From sequence record MK268344.1: a DNA stretch of 64,000 nt. One strand, given 5' to 3'. Below the pieces are notes generated by a model, which saw nothing but the letters and a program-made list of their open reading frames with translations, did not search any database and had not been told where the DNA came from. Position 1 is the first letter of the stretch; each line of letters begins with the position of its first letter. The position numbers were made by a program, and so were the translations under genes. Below are positions 10,416 through 20,039 of the stretch, in pieces.

Positions 10416-10439
10416 AAAGGAGGCGAAAGCCTCCTTTTT
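10416..10439 (+). terminator. Intrinsic terminator
   Basis: AAAGGAGGC-GAAA-GCCTCCTTT-TT. Confidence 0.75.
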
Positions 10440-10452
10440 CGTAGGAGAAAAA

Positions 10453-11151
10453 ATGGAAAGACGTGATGTAACAATTGATATTGAAACATGGGGTACTCCA
10501 GAGAATAGTGGATATAACATTATTATCCCAAACTACGCATTAGTTGTAGTACCTGAAGAACCAAGAACATATGATCTAGAATGGATGTATGTTCAAATGC
10601 CAATTCAACCACAAATCAATAAAGGTTTATCTCTAGATGCAGATGCACTTTCTTTCTGGCACGATATGTGTGCAAAAGAATATTCACGTGCCTATGAGGA
10701 AATGAAAAAATCTCTTACATTGAATACGTGTGAGATTCGTACACGCAACTATGCACCAACTGCTAGTAAAGGTGATAGTCCGATGAAAGTGAATGACCCT
10801 ACTACTATGGTAGAGTTCTTTATTTCCAACTACAGTAGAAATACTGGCAAACTATGGGGTAATGGTTGTAACTTTGATTGCAGTATTCTTCAAGAGAATC
10901 ACCGTGTAATGTACAATAACGGTAAAATGTGGCGGTATGACGCACCACAGAACGCTAGGAGCCTTAAAGACCTTCTAAGTGATGAAGAACGTGCTGAAAT
11001 GGATAACATCGTACAGGACTATCTAGGACGTTTTGAGACCACTGTTCGTGTGGAATGTGGCTTGACAAATCTTCAATTGCACCATCCCCTTTATGATGCA
11101 GCACGGGAAGCCCTTCAAGTTTCATATTGTCGTATGAAGAAAAAAGGTTGA
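10453..11151 (+). CDS. DEDDh 3'-5' exonuclease (RNase AS-like)
   Basis: IDIET, WGNGCNFD, HHPLYDA motifs; start moved to the ATG after AGGAG. Confidence 0.8.
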   Translation: MERRDVTIDIETWGTPENSGYNIIIPNYALVVVPEEPRTYDLEWMYVQMPIQPQINKGLSLDADALSFWHDMCAKEYSRAYEEMKKSLTLNTCEIRTRNYAPTASKGDSPMKVNDPTTMVEFFISNYSRNTGKLWGNGCNFDCSILQENHRVMYNNGKMWRYDAPQNARSLKDLLSDEERAEMDNIVQDYLGRFETTVRVECGLTNLQLHHPLYDAAREALQVSYCRMKKKG

Positions 11152-11176
11152 CAGTACTAGCAGGGTGGGCTATAAT
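11148..11176 (+). promoter_or_regulatory. Sigma70 consensus promoter
   Basis: TTGACA-N17-TATAAT. Confidence 0.8.
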
Positions 11177-11206
11177 CTTAGCTCACCCAAATTAAGAGGA
11201 TAAATC

Positions 11207-12304
11207 ATGCTTGATTTCGCCATTCTCTTCATACCAGCATTTCTTGTTATGGTTGGTATGAAGATGCTGTACGATCATAAGATTACACCAAAAGAATTAG
11301 GTATTCATTTAGCTGCAATCATTGTTGGTGCTGCTGTTATATTAGGAATCAACTACTACTTCCTGTATAGTGATTTACAAGATATTGAAGTACTGAACGG
11401 TGAAGTAACAGGTAAGTACAAACATACTGAAATTTGTTCTGAATATAGTTCTTGTAAGAATTATCATTACAAAGAAAAATGCAGAACTACCTACGACAGC
11501 AAAGGACGTTCGCATCGTAGTTGTGTATCATATAAAGTTTTTGACTATCCAACTGAATACGATTGGTACGTTACTACTTCAGTAGGTGAAATTGAAATAA
11601 AGCGTGTTAACCGCCGTGGTGATGTAATGCCGGATCGCTATCGTATCGCAATGATTGGTGAACCTGCATCAGTACCACATCAATACACAAACTATCTTTG
11701 GGCTGATAAACATTCATTGTTTGCACCTGAAGACTTTGAAACAAAGTACCCAGATGATTACAAGAAAGGAATTCCAAGTTATCCATTAGTTTATGATTAT
11801 TATAGGACTAATCACGTTGTTAACTTGACCAATATTCCATCATTAGGATATAATGAATATATATCTGAAGTACTTAAAAAAGCCGGAAAAGACAAACAAT
11901 TGAATATGACTATTGTTATGTACGATAGTTCTGACCCTGAGTTTGTTGATGCCACGATGACCAAATGGCGTGGTGGTAAGAAAAATGATGTACTTATGTT
12001 CTTTGGTGTTGATAAAGAAGGTAATGTAAACAAATTCTTCAGCACATCTTTCGCTGGTGGTATGAAAAACGAAATGCTTCACGCAACTATGCGTATTGAT
12101 GCATTGAGCGAGAAAATGTCGCTTGACTTATTGAAGAAACAGGTATATACTGTACTTCAGAAATACGAAAGATTACCTAACGAGGAATTCAAGTACATGA
12201 AATATAAACTTGAACCTAAGAAGGAAATCATCGTGGCATGTAGCGTCGTGCTACTACTTATCTCACTGTTTATTGGTTTTTATATGAGGGACAACGATCT
12301 ATGA
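11207..12304 (+). CDS. Membrane protein with Cys-rich extracytoplasmic region and TPM-like domain
   Basis: Two N-terminal and one C-terminal TM helices; WRGGKKNDVLMFFGVD resembles TPM-domain proteins. Confidence 0.55.
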   Translation: MLDFAILFIPAFLVMVGMKMLYDHKITPKELGIHLAAIIVGAAVILGINYYFLYSDLQDIEVLNGEVTGKYKHTEICSEYSSCKNYHYKEKCRTTYDSKGRSHRSCVSYKVFDYPTEYDWYVTTSVGEIEIKRVNRRGDVMPDRYRIAMIGEPASVPHQYTNYLWADKHSLFAPEDFETKYPDDYKKGIPSYPLVYDYYRTNHVVNLTNIPSLGYNEYISEVLKKAGKDKQLNMTIVMYDSSDPEFVDATMTKWRGGKKNDVLMFFGVDKEGNVNKFFSTSFAGGMKNEMLHATMRIDALSEKMSLDLLKKQVYTVLQKYERLPNEEFKYMKYKLEPKKEIIVACSVVLLLISLFIGFYMRDNDL

Positions 12305-12861
12305 AAAACGCACTTATCGCCGTTATCGCACTATTCGTCGTGATTGTACTTGGCGTAGCAGGTGTAGTTGGTATGTACAGCAGCAAGCATGATCAGGCTG
12401 TTAGTTTCGAAAGTAACATTAAACGCTATTACGATGCTTCCGAAAATGATTTGAGTACTTACACACTAACCATCAAAGAGAAAACACAAATTTCCGATAT
12501 GTATGTTAGTGACCTACGTTCAGTAATTGGTGAGTACTTTAACGGTAAGCAAGGTGTTACTGAAAAACAAGTAATGTCCTTTATCCAACAACACATTCCA
12601 AACTTGGATAGCAAGATTTATCAAGAACTAATGGCAACCATTGAAGCAGGACGTAAACAGTTCAGCAATACACAAAAGATGAAAATTGATCAGTGTGCGT
12701 CATATGATAAATTCCTAAAAGGTTTCTGGAACAGTAAGATTGTTGACCGTACACAGTTTCCGTCTGCAAACATTGCTAAGTACTGTGTAGTAGTTTCAGA
12801 CCAACAGACTCGTACCGCAATGGAAACGGGTATTCAAGAACCAATTAGTTTGAAAAAGTAA
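12301..12861 (+). CDS. LemA-like membrane-anchored helical protein
   Basis: Single N-terminal TM helix, helical body, ATGA coupling to the preceding gene. Confidence 0.5.
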   Translation: MKNALIAVIALFVVIVLGVAGVVGMYSSKHDQAVSFESNIKRYYDASENDLSTYTLTIKEKTQISDMYVSDLRSVIGEYFNGKQGVTEKQVMSFIQQHIPNLDSKIYQELMATIEAGRKQFSNTQKMKIDQCASYDKFLKGFWNSKIVDRTQFPSANIAKYCVVVSDQQTRTAMETGIQEPISLKK

Positions 12862-12869
12862 TTTAATAC

Positions 12870-12895
12870 GCGAGTGCTTAGGCACTCGCTTTTTT
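12870..12895 (+). terminator. Intrinsic terminator
   Basis: GCGAGTGC-TTAG-GCACTCGC-T6. Confidence 0.85.
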
Positions 12896-12908
12896 GTATA
12901 GGTGAAAT

Positions 12909-13493
12909 ATGAAAATAAATTTTGAGACATGGATGGATTGTACTTATAAAGCTATTCAACTAGTTCAGGATATTGGGCGAGATGTTTTCTATCATAATCC
13001 ATTTTACAAATCTCCATACATATCGTTTGAAAGAATAGATGGTAGACGCTTTATTACAATTACTAGAGAACTTACACCTGAAGAAAAATTGAAAAGTGAA
13101 AATAATACACTTTTATCTGGATCTTCTGGATATAATATTGTTTCTATGTCATCAAGTAATGCAGTTACTTTACCCCCTCTAATTACTATAAAACTTGTTA
13201 TTGATTGCCAATGGAAAATACAATCCATTCAATGGATTCAAAAAACAGGACGTGGATTAGCAATCATCGGCACTTATTCCGGTGAATATGATTCATGGAA
13301 AATGTCAGATTCTGGGGGTGAAATTGTCAACTCTATTCTTTTTATTGAAAAAGGAATTGTTCTAGACGGGAAAGTATATACCGACGATAATCCAGAAGCG
13401 TTTATGAACGATATTAGTACTGATGAAGTACGATGCTTAGATTTACTTCATATGCGTGAAAAATATAAAGAACCATTATTTGGGACAGACTAA
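12909..13493 (+). CDS. Hypothetical protein (weak member of the EEEYFQ family)
   Basis: PEAFMNDISTDE near the C-terminus. Confidence 0.6.
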   Translation: MKINFETWMDCTYKAIQLVQDIGRDVFYHNPFYKSPYISFERIDGRRFITITRELTPEEKLKSENNTLLSGSSGYNIVSMSSSNAVTLPPLITIKLVIDCQWKIQSIQWIQKTGRGLAIIGTYSGEYDSWKMSDSGGEIVNSILFIEKGIVLDGKVYTDDNPEAFMNDISTDEVRCLDLLHMREKYKEPLFGTD

Positions 13494-13494
13494 T

Positions 13495-14049
13495 ATGAAT
13501 TTTTTACCAACTCTTAATAGCATTATGAGAAAATCGCTATATGATAAATTAGATGCAACTTTATCAATTATCGAAGCATTTGATTTTAGTGTTTTTGAAA
13601 ATCTTGATGAAGAACAATTATCTATTCATGATATTAATATAACAATATCAAAAGAAAATAGATTTATATTTAGTAAGACTTATCGTATTGAAATTGTTTC
13701 TGATGGTAGTGATCATTATTATCTATATGAAAACCCACATAATCTTTACATAAATGGTAGATATGAACCAATGTTTGTTGATGTGTCATTTAAAGCCCTA
13801 ATCAATGATTGTAAATTAAAACGTATTGAAATGCGAATACAAGGCCAGTCATACAACAATGACAGATTGTTGAATATTTTGGTTGGGAAAGAAAAAATCT
13901 TGATTAACAGCGAATGGTTTGATATAATGGGTCTCGAAGAGAAGATTTTTCAAATGAGTACTGTTAAGTCACCTGAACCATTTGACTTACCATCCATTGG
14001 GGAAATGTTCAGAAAACTCCACTTATTCAACGACAGAGGCGAAAAATGA
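13495..14049 (+). CDS. EEEYFQxST-motif paralogue
   Basis: LEEKIFQMSTVK. Confidence 0.7.
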   Translation: MNFLPTLNSIMRKSLYDKLDATLSIIEAFDFSVFENLDEEQLSIHDINITISKENRFIFSKTYRIEIVSDGSDHYYLYENPHNLYINGRYEPMFVDVSFKALINDCKLKRIEMRIQGQSYNNDRLLNILVGKEKILINSEWFDIMGLEEKIFQMSTVKSPEPFDLPSIGEMFRKLHLFNDRGEK

Positions 14050-14423
14050 TTTGGATTGCATTGATAGTTGTAGTATCTCTATATTTTCTATATTTTGTAC
14101 TACGCAGTTGTGCAGTACTACAAGGTCTTTATTTCAAAACTGGCACTAAATCAGTTGTAGGTTTAATTGGTGACTATCCAAAAACCTGTATTGGTGTCGT
14201 AATCTTCTTTGTACTAATCAACATCTATGATTACAAGAAACACGTAGTCAGTATGTATGATTGTTCAGTACAGAAGACTATTCACAAAGCAGCAAATAGT
14301 GAATACTCATGGTATAATGGAGAGTGCAACTTCCAAGATAAGAATGGTGTATTCATTAACATGAAGCGTGTACGTGGTCTACCCGAAGGTACTGCTGACC
14401 ACGCAGATGATGATTTACAATAA
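14046..14423 (+). CDS. Membrane protein
   Basis: Two hydrophobic helices, ATGA coupling. Confidence 0.7.
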   Translation: MIWIALIVVVSLYFLYFVLRSCAVLQGLYFKTGTKSVVGLIGDYPKTCIGVVIFFVLINIYDYKKHVVSMYDCSVQKTIHKAANSEYSWYNGECNFQDKNGVFINMKRVRGLPEGTADHADDDLQ

Positions 14424-14432
14424 GGTAAAAAT

Positions 14433-14927
14433 ATGTTTGAATGGGATCAAGAGAAGTACTTTGATCCTACCGAGGACGGTTTAACTCACATCAACACATA
14501 TAGTAAAGGAAGAACCGTATTGGGGAGGATGCTATCAAATTTTGCATACTCCCCTTTTGTGTATGAACCATACGGGAAATTTGATTCCGTTGAGGGCTTC
14601 TGGTACTGGTACTTAACTGGACAGAAGCATGAAGACTTGAGAACAGTAAGTGGTTCATATGCTAAAGTACTTGGTAGGAAATATGAAAGTGATAGAGTAG
14701 AACATTCTCTCACTGAAGAAACAATTGAAGTCATGCAAGGTGCAATAATTAGTAAGATTGCACAGAATAAAGAACTACAGAAAATGTTAATTAGTAGTAC
14801 TTTACCTCTATGTCATTATTATTTCATGTATGGACGTGTCATAAATCCCTTTGATGGTCATGATTGGTTCTCCGAGACATTGGAGGATATTCGGACGGTA
14901 TTGAAACTTGGGACAAATGGTGTTTAA
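14433..14927 (+). CDS. NADAR-family protein (T4 gp30.3-like)
   Basis: LSNFAYSPF...FDSVEGFW resembles T4 30.3 LSNFAQWPF...FGGLEGF as I recall it. Confidence 0.65.
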   Translation: MFEWDQEKYFDPTEDGLTHINTYSKGRTVLGRMLSNFAYSPFVYEPYGKFDSVEGFWYWYLTGQKHEDLRTVSGSYAKVLGRKYESDRVEHSLTEETIEVMQGAIISKIAQNKELQKMLISSTLPLCHYYFMYGRVINPFDGHDWFSETLEDIRTVLKLGTNGV

Positions 14928-14938
14928 TGTGATATAAT
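14907..14938 (+). promoter_or_regulatory. CTTGGGACAAA-class promoter (copy 1)
   Basis: CTTGGGACAAA-N10-TGTGATATAAT. Confidence 0.8.
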
Positions 14939-14943
14939 ATGTG

Positions 14944-15294
14944 TAGATATAACAATTGTGGCTGCTTTATGCAGACGTACTGAAACCGAAACCCTTGAAA
15001 ACGTAAAGGGACGATGAGCATGACCACACATGCGAAGTGCAGATGAAACCCGCTCGGCGGCAATGCGGCACTATAAAAGGACACGTAAGGCACGTTAAGT
15101 CCTCTTGATAGACATATGAGGTCACTCACCAAAATGCTAAGGGAGACGTTTATACGTCGCATATAGAGCTTGATCGAATAGGCTTTGTATGATGTGGGCT
15201 AAGACCCCGACCGTTGCATATGACTGTGATAGAGAGAAACAGAGCAACCCGCTTTCGTTCTTTGACCAGTTTTAGTACGCTATAGTTGTATCTA
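14944..15294 (+). ncRNA. Candidate 351-nt structured ncRNA
   Basis: Begins at the predicted TSS; ends pair (10 bp); second 11-bp long-range helix; many internal hairpins; no credible ORF. Confidence 0.7.
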
Positions 15295-15542
15295 AAATTC
15301 AGAGAAATTCACAATTCGATAATTCCGAGGCTACCAGCGTCAGAATCAATAATCAGTACTTTAATTAGTACTTTTTTATTGTCTTCATTCCCCAATGGGG
15401 GGATGAAATTGCCTCTACAAACCTCGTCAGGAATAAAAGTACAATATGAATTGAGTTACGATAATACGAACGTAGTGAGTATTAAGAGTAACGAAAATTC
15501 TTAGACAATCGTAGATTGGCTAATTAGACAATAGGAACAATA

Positions 15543-16508
15543 ATGAATAAATTAAACAGATCACAAGGTTGTTTAATGGGACTAGCTGTAGGTGATGCAG
15601 TAGGAACTACCTTAGAATTTAAACAAAGAGATTCAGAGAATATCACTGATATGGTAGGTGGTGGCCCATTCCAATTAGAAGTAGGTCAATGGACTGATGA
15701 TACCAGTATGGCATTATGTTTAGGCTATGCATTGCTAGAAGATCATAAAGTAGAAACTTCTGATTGGTCTAGATTGCAATTAGTTAATTACGTTGATTGG
15801 TACAAAAATGGTTATTGTAGTTCTAATGGATACTGCTTTGATATTGGCGGTACTACTCGTAATGCATTACTAAATTTCATCCGTAATGGTACACTTGTTA
15901 ACAACGATCATTTCCTTGATTCTGGCAATGGTAGTTTAATGCGTTTAGCTCCAATCCCAATCTATTATAATACTGGTGCTGATGTTGATAAGTTCACCTA
16001 CTTGTGCTATGCAGCCGATATGAGCAGTTCAACAACACATGCAAGTACTTTATGTCGTCAGTCATGTGTTGCGTTTTCTATACTACTTAATCGTGCTTTA
16101 AATGGCCCGATTGAATTAGAAAATGTTGAACATGATGTATTACAATCAAAGCGTTCATTACTTTCTTTCCCAGAAAAAGTTTGGGAAGGTCTTGTGAGTG
16201 AACCTTTAGTACTAGAAATCATGAATGGTTCTTATAAGAATAAGTCGCGTGATGAAATTAGTTCTAGTGGGTATGTTATTGATAGCTTAGAAGCCGCTCT
16301 ATGGTGCTTCTGGAACACCGAAAACTTCCGTGACGCAATCCTATTAGCTGCTAACTTAGGTGACGATGCAGACACCGTAGCGGCAATTACAGGGCAGATT
16401 GCAGGTGCTTTCTATGGTCTTGATGGTATACCAGATGAATGGGTACAGAAGATTACCAAGAAAGATGAAATTTTACAATTAGCAGAGGACTTGACAGATG
16501 GGAATTAA
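15543..16508 (+). CDS. ADP-ribosylglycohydrolase (DraG/ARH family)
   Basis: GLAVGDAVG, WTDDTSM, GNGSLMRLAP, GDDADTVAAITG. Confidence 0.93.
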   Translation: MNKLNRSQGCLMGLAVGDAVGTTLEFKQRDSENITDMVGGGPFQLEVGQWTDDTSMALCLGYALLEDHKVETSDWSRLQLVNYVDWYKNGYCSSNGYCFDIGGTTRNALLNFIRNGTLVNNDHFLDSGNGSLMRLAPIPIYYNTGADVDKFTYLCYAADMSSSTTHASTLCRQSCVAFSILLNRALNGPIELENVEHDVLQSKRSLLSFPEKVWEGLVSEPLVLEIMNGSYKNKSRDEISSSGYVIDSLEAALWCFWNTENFRDAILLAANLGDDADTVAAITGQIAGAFYGLDGIPDEWVQKITKKDEILQLAEDLTDGN

Positions 16509-16509
16509 T

Positions 16510-16722
16510 ATGTCATATTGCATGTTCGAGAATACATCGGCTGCAATGCAAGAAATTATTGACAAAATGTATGAAGATGACTTTGATCCAAACGAACTAT
16601 CTCCATACGAAAAACGTGCTTTCGATGCTCTATACGATCAAGTACAAACAATTAAAGACCGCCTAGATGAACTAGAAGAAAGGGAATGGGTAGATGACGA
16701 GGATGAAGATTATGAAAAATGA
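16510..16722 (+). CDS. Small acidic hypothetical protein
   Basis: MSYCMFENT start. Confidence 0.7.
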   Translation: MSYCMFENTSAAMQEIIDKMYEDDFDPNELSPYEKRAFDALYDQVQTIKDRLDELEEREWVDDEDEDYEK

Positions 16723-16912
16723 TGAACTACCATATATAGTGACTGAACGAATCGTCATTGATTTGGCATATAACCCAAATTATGGCGATAATCGCTTATG
16801 TACTTGTGGTCATCCATATCATCGCCATTTCGATTCATATGAAGATATGGAACCAGTAGGTTGCAAGTACTGTGGCTGTTTTGAATTCGTAGAAAAACTT
16901 GACAAAGACTAA
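16712..16912 (+). CDS. Small Zn-finger-like protein
   Basis: CTCGH...H...CKYCGC. Confidence 0.65.
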   Translation: MKNDELPYIVTERIVIDLAYNPNYGDNRLCTCGHPYHRHFDSYEDMEPVGCKYCGCFEFVEKLDKD

Positions 16913-16927
16913 TAAAGAGGATATGAT

Positions 16928-17119
16928 ATGCATCCAATACTGAAAATTATTTTTGGGATAGTTATTTTTAATACTATCATGGGTGCTATTAATGTATTTT
17001 TCATTGATAACATTGAAATCAAAACAACGTTGAACGTTATCATGTTTGTACTCATAGGCATTGAACTCATCCTATGTAGTATTTGCTGGCATTCACCACT
17101 TGGAGAGAAAATAAAATGA
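16928..17119 (+). CDS. Small membrane protein
   Basis: Two TM helices, GAGG RBS. Confidence 0.65.
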   Translation: MHPILKIIFGIVIFNTIMGAINVFFIDNIEIKTTLNVIMFVLIGIELILCSICWHSPLGEKIK

Positions 17120-17610
17120 AATATTACATGGTAAATGAAACTGATGCTAGTGGTGTTGGTCGCATGGACTTCACCTACTATGAACTTTCAGATTCAAGTA
17201 CAGTAGAAGATGCAATTGAAATCTATACTGACGAAAATCCTTGGGTACGTTATCAAGAAGTTCGCCGCACTAAAGCGTTTGAAATCGATGAAAGTACTTA
17301 CAAAGCTGGTCTAGCGTTTAATCGTTACAATGAAGTATGTAACGAATCATACAATCGTGAGTGGAAAGAAGGTAATAAGCAATATCACAATGGTTATCTA
17401 GCAGAACATGATAACTTCTTTGCTACTCGCAAATGGGCTGAAATGTTTGCTAATCCAAATAAGATTGTGCGTATTGGTTATCCTAAATTACACAATGTTT
17501 ATAAAATGGATGAAAACCGTAATTTACATTTCGTCTATCATTACAGTAATGATATAGATTTTCGTGATGATACACGTGGTCGTGAAGTAATAAGCTGGTA
17601 TAAAAAATGA
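17116..17610 (+). CDS. Hypothetical protein
   Basis: ATG after GGAG RBS. Confidence 0.7.
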   Translation: MKYYMVNETDASGVGRMDFTYYELSDSSTVEDAIEIYTDENPWVRYQEVRRTKAFEIDESTYKAGLAFNRYNEVCNESYNREWKEGNKQYHNGYLAEHDNFFATRKWAEMFANPNKIVRIGYPKLHNVYKMDENRNLHFVYHYSNDIDFRDDTRGREVISWYKK

Positions 17611-17807
17611 AAAAAGAACCTGTTTACGAACAGAAACTTTATTGTCCTCAATGTAAGAATGTTTACCAGTACAGAACGAATGAATGCGAAGTCTGTGGCT
17701 TCGCTATTCACAATCATTTTTGGGTCGATGAACGGTTTAAGGAATTACGCTCTTTCCGTGCTATCCGCTCAATGGAAAAATACATGGAAAATATGAGGAA
17801 CGAATGA
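17607..17807 (+). CDS. Small Zn-ribbon protein
   Basis: CPQC...CEVC. Confidence 0.65.
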   Translation: MKKEPVYEQKLYCPQCKNVYQYRTNECEVCGFAIHNHFWVDERFKELRSFRAIRSMEKYMENMRNE

Positions 17808-18184
17808 ATATTACAGAACAAATGAAAATCATCCCATTCTTAAGTACTCGTATCTTTATTGAGGATGGTTATGAAAAAACTGTGAGTATTATCGCTTACC
17901 GTGATAGTGAAGATTCACCATATAGTAATATTATTGCATGTCCACCATGCAATGGTATTGGTGCAATGGTAACTCTATTCACTAATGGTTGCATGGTTAA
18001 GTTAGATATGAATAAACTAATAATCACTGTTAACATTCCCGGTGATGAACCATCTATTGCAACCTTTCCTCTTAATGTTGATGAGGGTGGTTTTTTCCAA
18101 GAAACAGTACTTCATGATTTCAAGGATATTACTTTCGAGCATCTAAAGGCTGTTCGTGATGTAGTGGAACTATATAATGACTAA
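17804..18184 (+). CDS. EEEYFQxST-motif paralogue
   Basis: DEGGFFQETVLHDF. Confidence 0.7.
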   Translation: MNITEQMKIIPFLSTRIFIEDGYEKTVSIIAYRDSEDSPYSNIIACPPCNGIGAMVTLFTNGCMVKLDMNKLIITVNIPGDEPSIATFPLNVDEGGFFQETVLHDFKDITFEHLKAVRDVVELYND

Positions 18185-18611
18185 TTCTGAAAAGTTAAAC
18201 AAGATGTTGTATACATTCTTTTTAGCTGATGATGGGATTTACAATGAAGAACGTATCTTTTCTTACATGTCTTGTAATGCAACGCAATCAAAAGAATCAT
18301 TTGACACATTCTATTATATGGATGCAAGATGTTCATTGAATTTTGATTGTATTGAGGGTGTATTCAATAAGTTAATACTTTATCCTGATAGTTATAATTC
18401 AGACGTACCATTTTTAAGTATTGATAGGGATGGTATGATTATGGGTGGTTATGCAGGTAATGATAAAGATCTTTTCTTTTATAAAGATTGCATTCCTACC
18501 AGTACTGAATTAAAGAAAATTGGTATGAATCGCGAAACATTGGATTTACTTAATTTCATATTGATTAAATTCAAACCAATCATGGATAGGATACAGAAGA
18601 AATTTAAATAA
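18177..18611 (+). CDS. Hypothetical protein (weak family member)
   Basis: DKDLFFYKDCI. Confidence 0.6.
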   Translation: MTNSEKLNKMLYTFFLADDGIYNEERIFSYMSCNATQSKESFDTFYYMDARCSLNFDCIEGVFNKLILYPDSYNSDVPFLSIDRDGMIMGGYAGNDKDLFFYKDCIPTSTELKKIGMNRETLDLLNFILIKFKPIMDRIQKKFK

Positions 18612-18613
18612 AT

Positions 18614-18645
18614 CTTGGGACAAACTAGGATTTATGTGATATAAT
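18614..18645 (+). promoter_or_regulatory. CTTGGGACAAA-class promoter (copy 2)
   Basis: Exact motif, directly before tRNA-Ser. Confidence 0.8.
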
Positions 18646-18653
18646 ATAATTAC

Positions 18654-18744
<91 letters not shown>

Positions 18745-18762
18745 TTTTAAAACGAGGTTTAT

Positions 18763-20034
18763 ATGGGTAGCTTTAATGCATCATGTGCAGTAAGTAAGTG
18801 TAGTATTAACCCCGGAGATCGTGTAAAATTGATCCCAATTGTAAGTACCACATCATTGAATACCGAATATAGCTCCCAAATGCATTTAGGTTTTGGATGC
18901 TATTGTTATGATTATTTCAAATTCTTAGGTTTACCTATGGATGCGACATATGAAGATTATGGTAATTTTGATGTATTACCGGGATTTGCATCGGATTACA
19001 ATTTGAGTATTATTAAACAAAATTATACTCAAACTCCATTACCAACAGATGTAGAAGAACGTAGATATCTCGATCGTGAACCATATGAAACCACGGCTGA
19101 TGATTTGGATTGGGAAACTATTGGTAAGATGATCCATTACGGAACTATCTTCCTTGATAGCAATCAAGATTTTTCCCGTCGCAAACATCTAGGTTTTTTC
19201 CCTATTCTAGAATGCGTATACAACGTTATGATGGAACGCACACACGAGATGTACTTTGACAACCATTATTCTCGCGTAACACTAGATCAGTACTACGAAA
19301 GTCAAGTACAAGAACTTTCTGGATTCTCAAAAGAACTTGAAGCTAAGATTTCTGAATATATGGAACTTTTTGGTGATAGTATTGGTGAGATTGGTAAATC
19401 TGGTAAGGTAATCACTGCTGAAGAGATTTATGAAAAAGCTGTACGCATGGCAGAGTTTAGTATTGGTAGTCATACCAATCGTGATGAGTACTCATATAAG
19501 AATACGTCAAGTATGACAACTATTCGTGAATCATATCAAGATTTGTACTCAAAACCATTGACTGATAATGAAGAACTTACTATCATTAGACTTAAGGTTG
19601 AATTGCTTTTTGTGGTATGTGCACTAAATGCATTCCAGATTCCAATTCTACCTCCTATGACAGCAGGACAGCAGTACGATAAAACTGAACATGCATCTTT
19701 CTTGATTCGTATTGGTCAAGAGATTATGAACATGCAAAATAAAGACAATGATGAATCCGAGTTCAATGAATGGGAATTCAACACCACTGTTTCAGCGGTA
19801 GTTCAGGTTTCTTTACAGAAATTGAGATCACGTGCTGATAATGATTATCAGAATGAACGTGGTAAAAAAGCACTTGAACTAATTGATGATTTTGTGTTAG
19901 AATACCCTAATGGTATGGAAATGAATACTTCTGAACTTATGAACAGTAAGTATGCATTATTCACTGAGTACTTTGAAAGTAATCTACTTAACTTCAAATT
20001 CATTGTTGACTTAACTGATGAAGATGGGGTATAA
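18763..20034 (+). CDS. Hypothetical protein
   Basis: 423-aa ORF with GAGG RBS. Confidence 0.8.
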   Translation: MGSFNASCAVSKCSINPGDRVKLIPIVSTTSLNTEYSSQMHLGFGCYCYDYFKFLGLPMDATYEDYGNFDVLPGFASDYNLSIIKQNYTQTPLPTDVEERRYLDREPYETTADDLDWETIGKMIHYGTIFLDSNQDFSRRKHLGFFPILECVYNVMMERTHEMYFDNHYSRVTLDQYYESQVQELSGFSKELEAKISEYMELFGDSIGEIGKSGKVITAEEIYEKAVRMAEFSIGSHTNRDEYSYKNTSSMTTIRESYQDLYSKPLTDNEELTIIRLKVELLFVVCALNAFQIPILPPMTAGQQYDKTEHASFLIRIGQEIMNMQNKDNDESEFNEWEFNTTVSAVVQVSLQKLRSRADNDYQNERGKKALELIDDFVLEYPNGMEMNTSELMNSKYALFTEYFESNLLNFKFIVDLTDEDGV

Positions 20035-20039
20035 TAAAT

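Noticed and set aside
15011-15040. Hammerhead-like core ACGATGAG-CATG...CATG-CGAAG
   Set aside because: Lacks the C3/U4 of CUGAUGA and A15.1 of GAAA; no convincing stems I and III.
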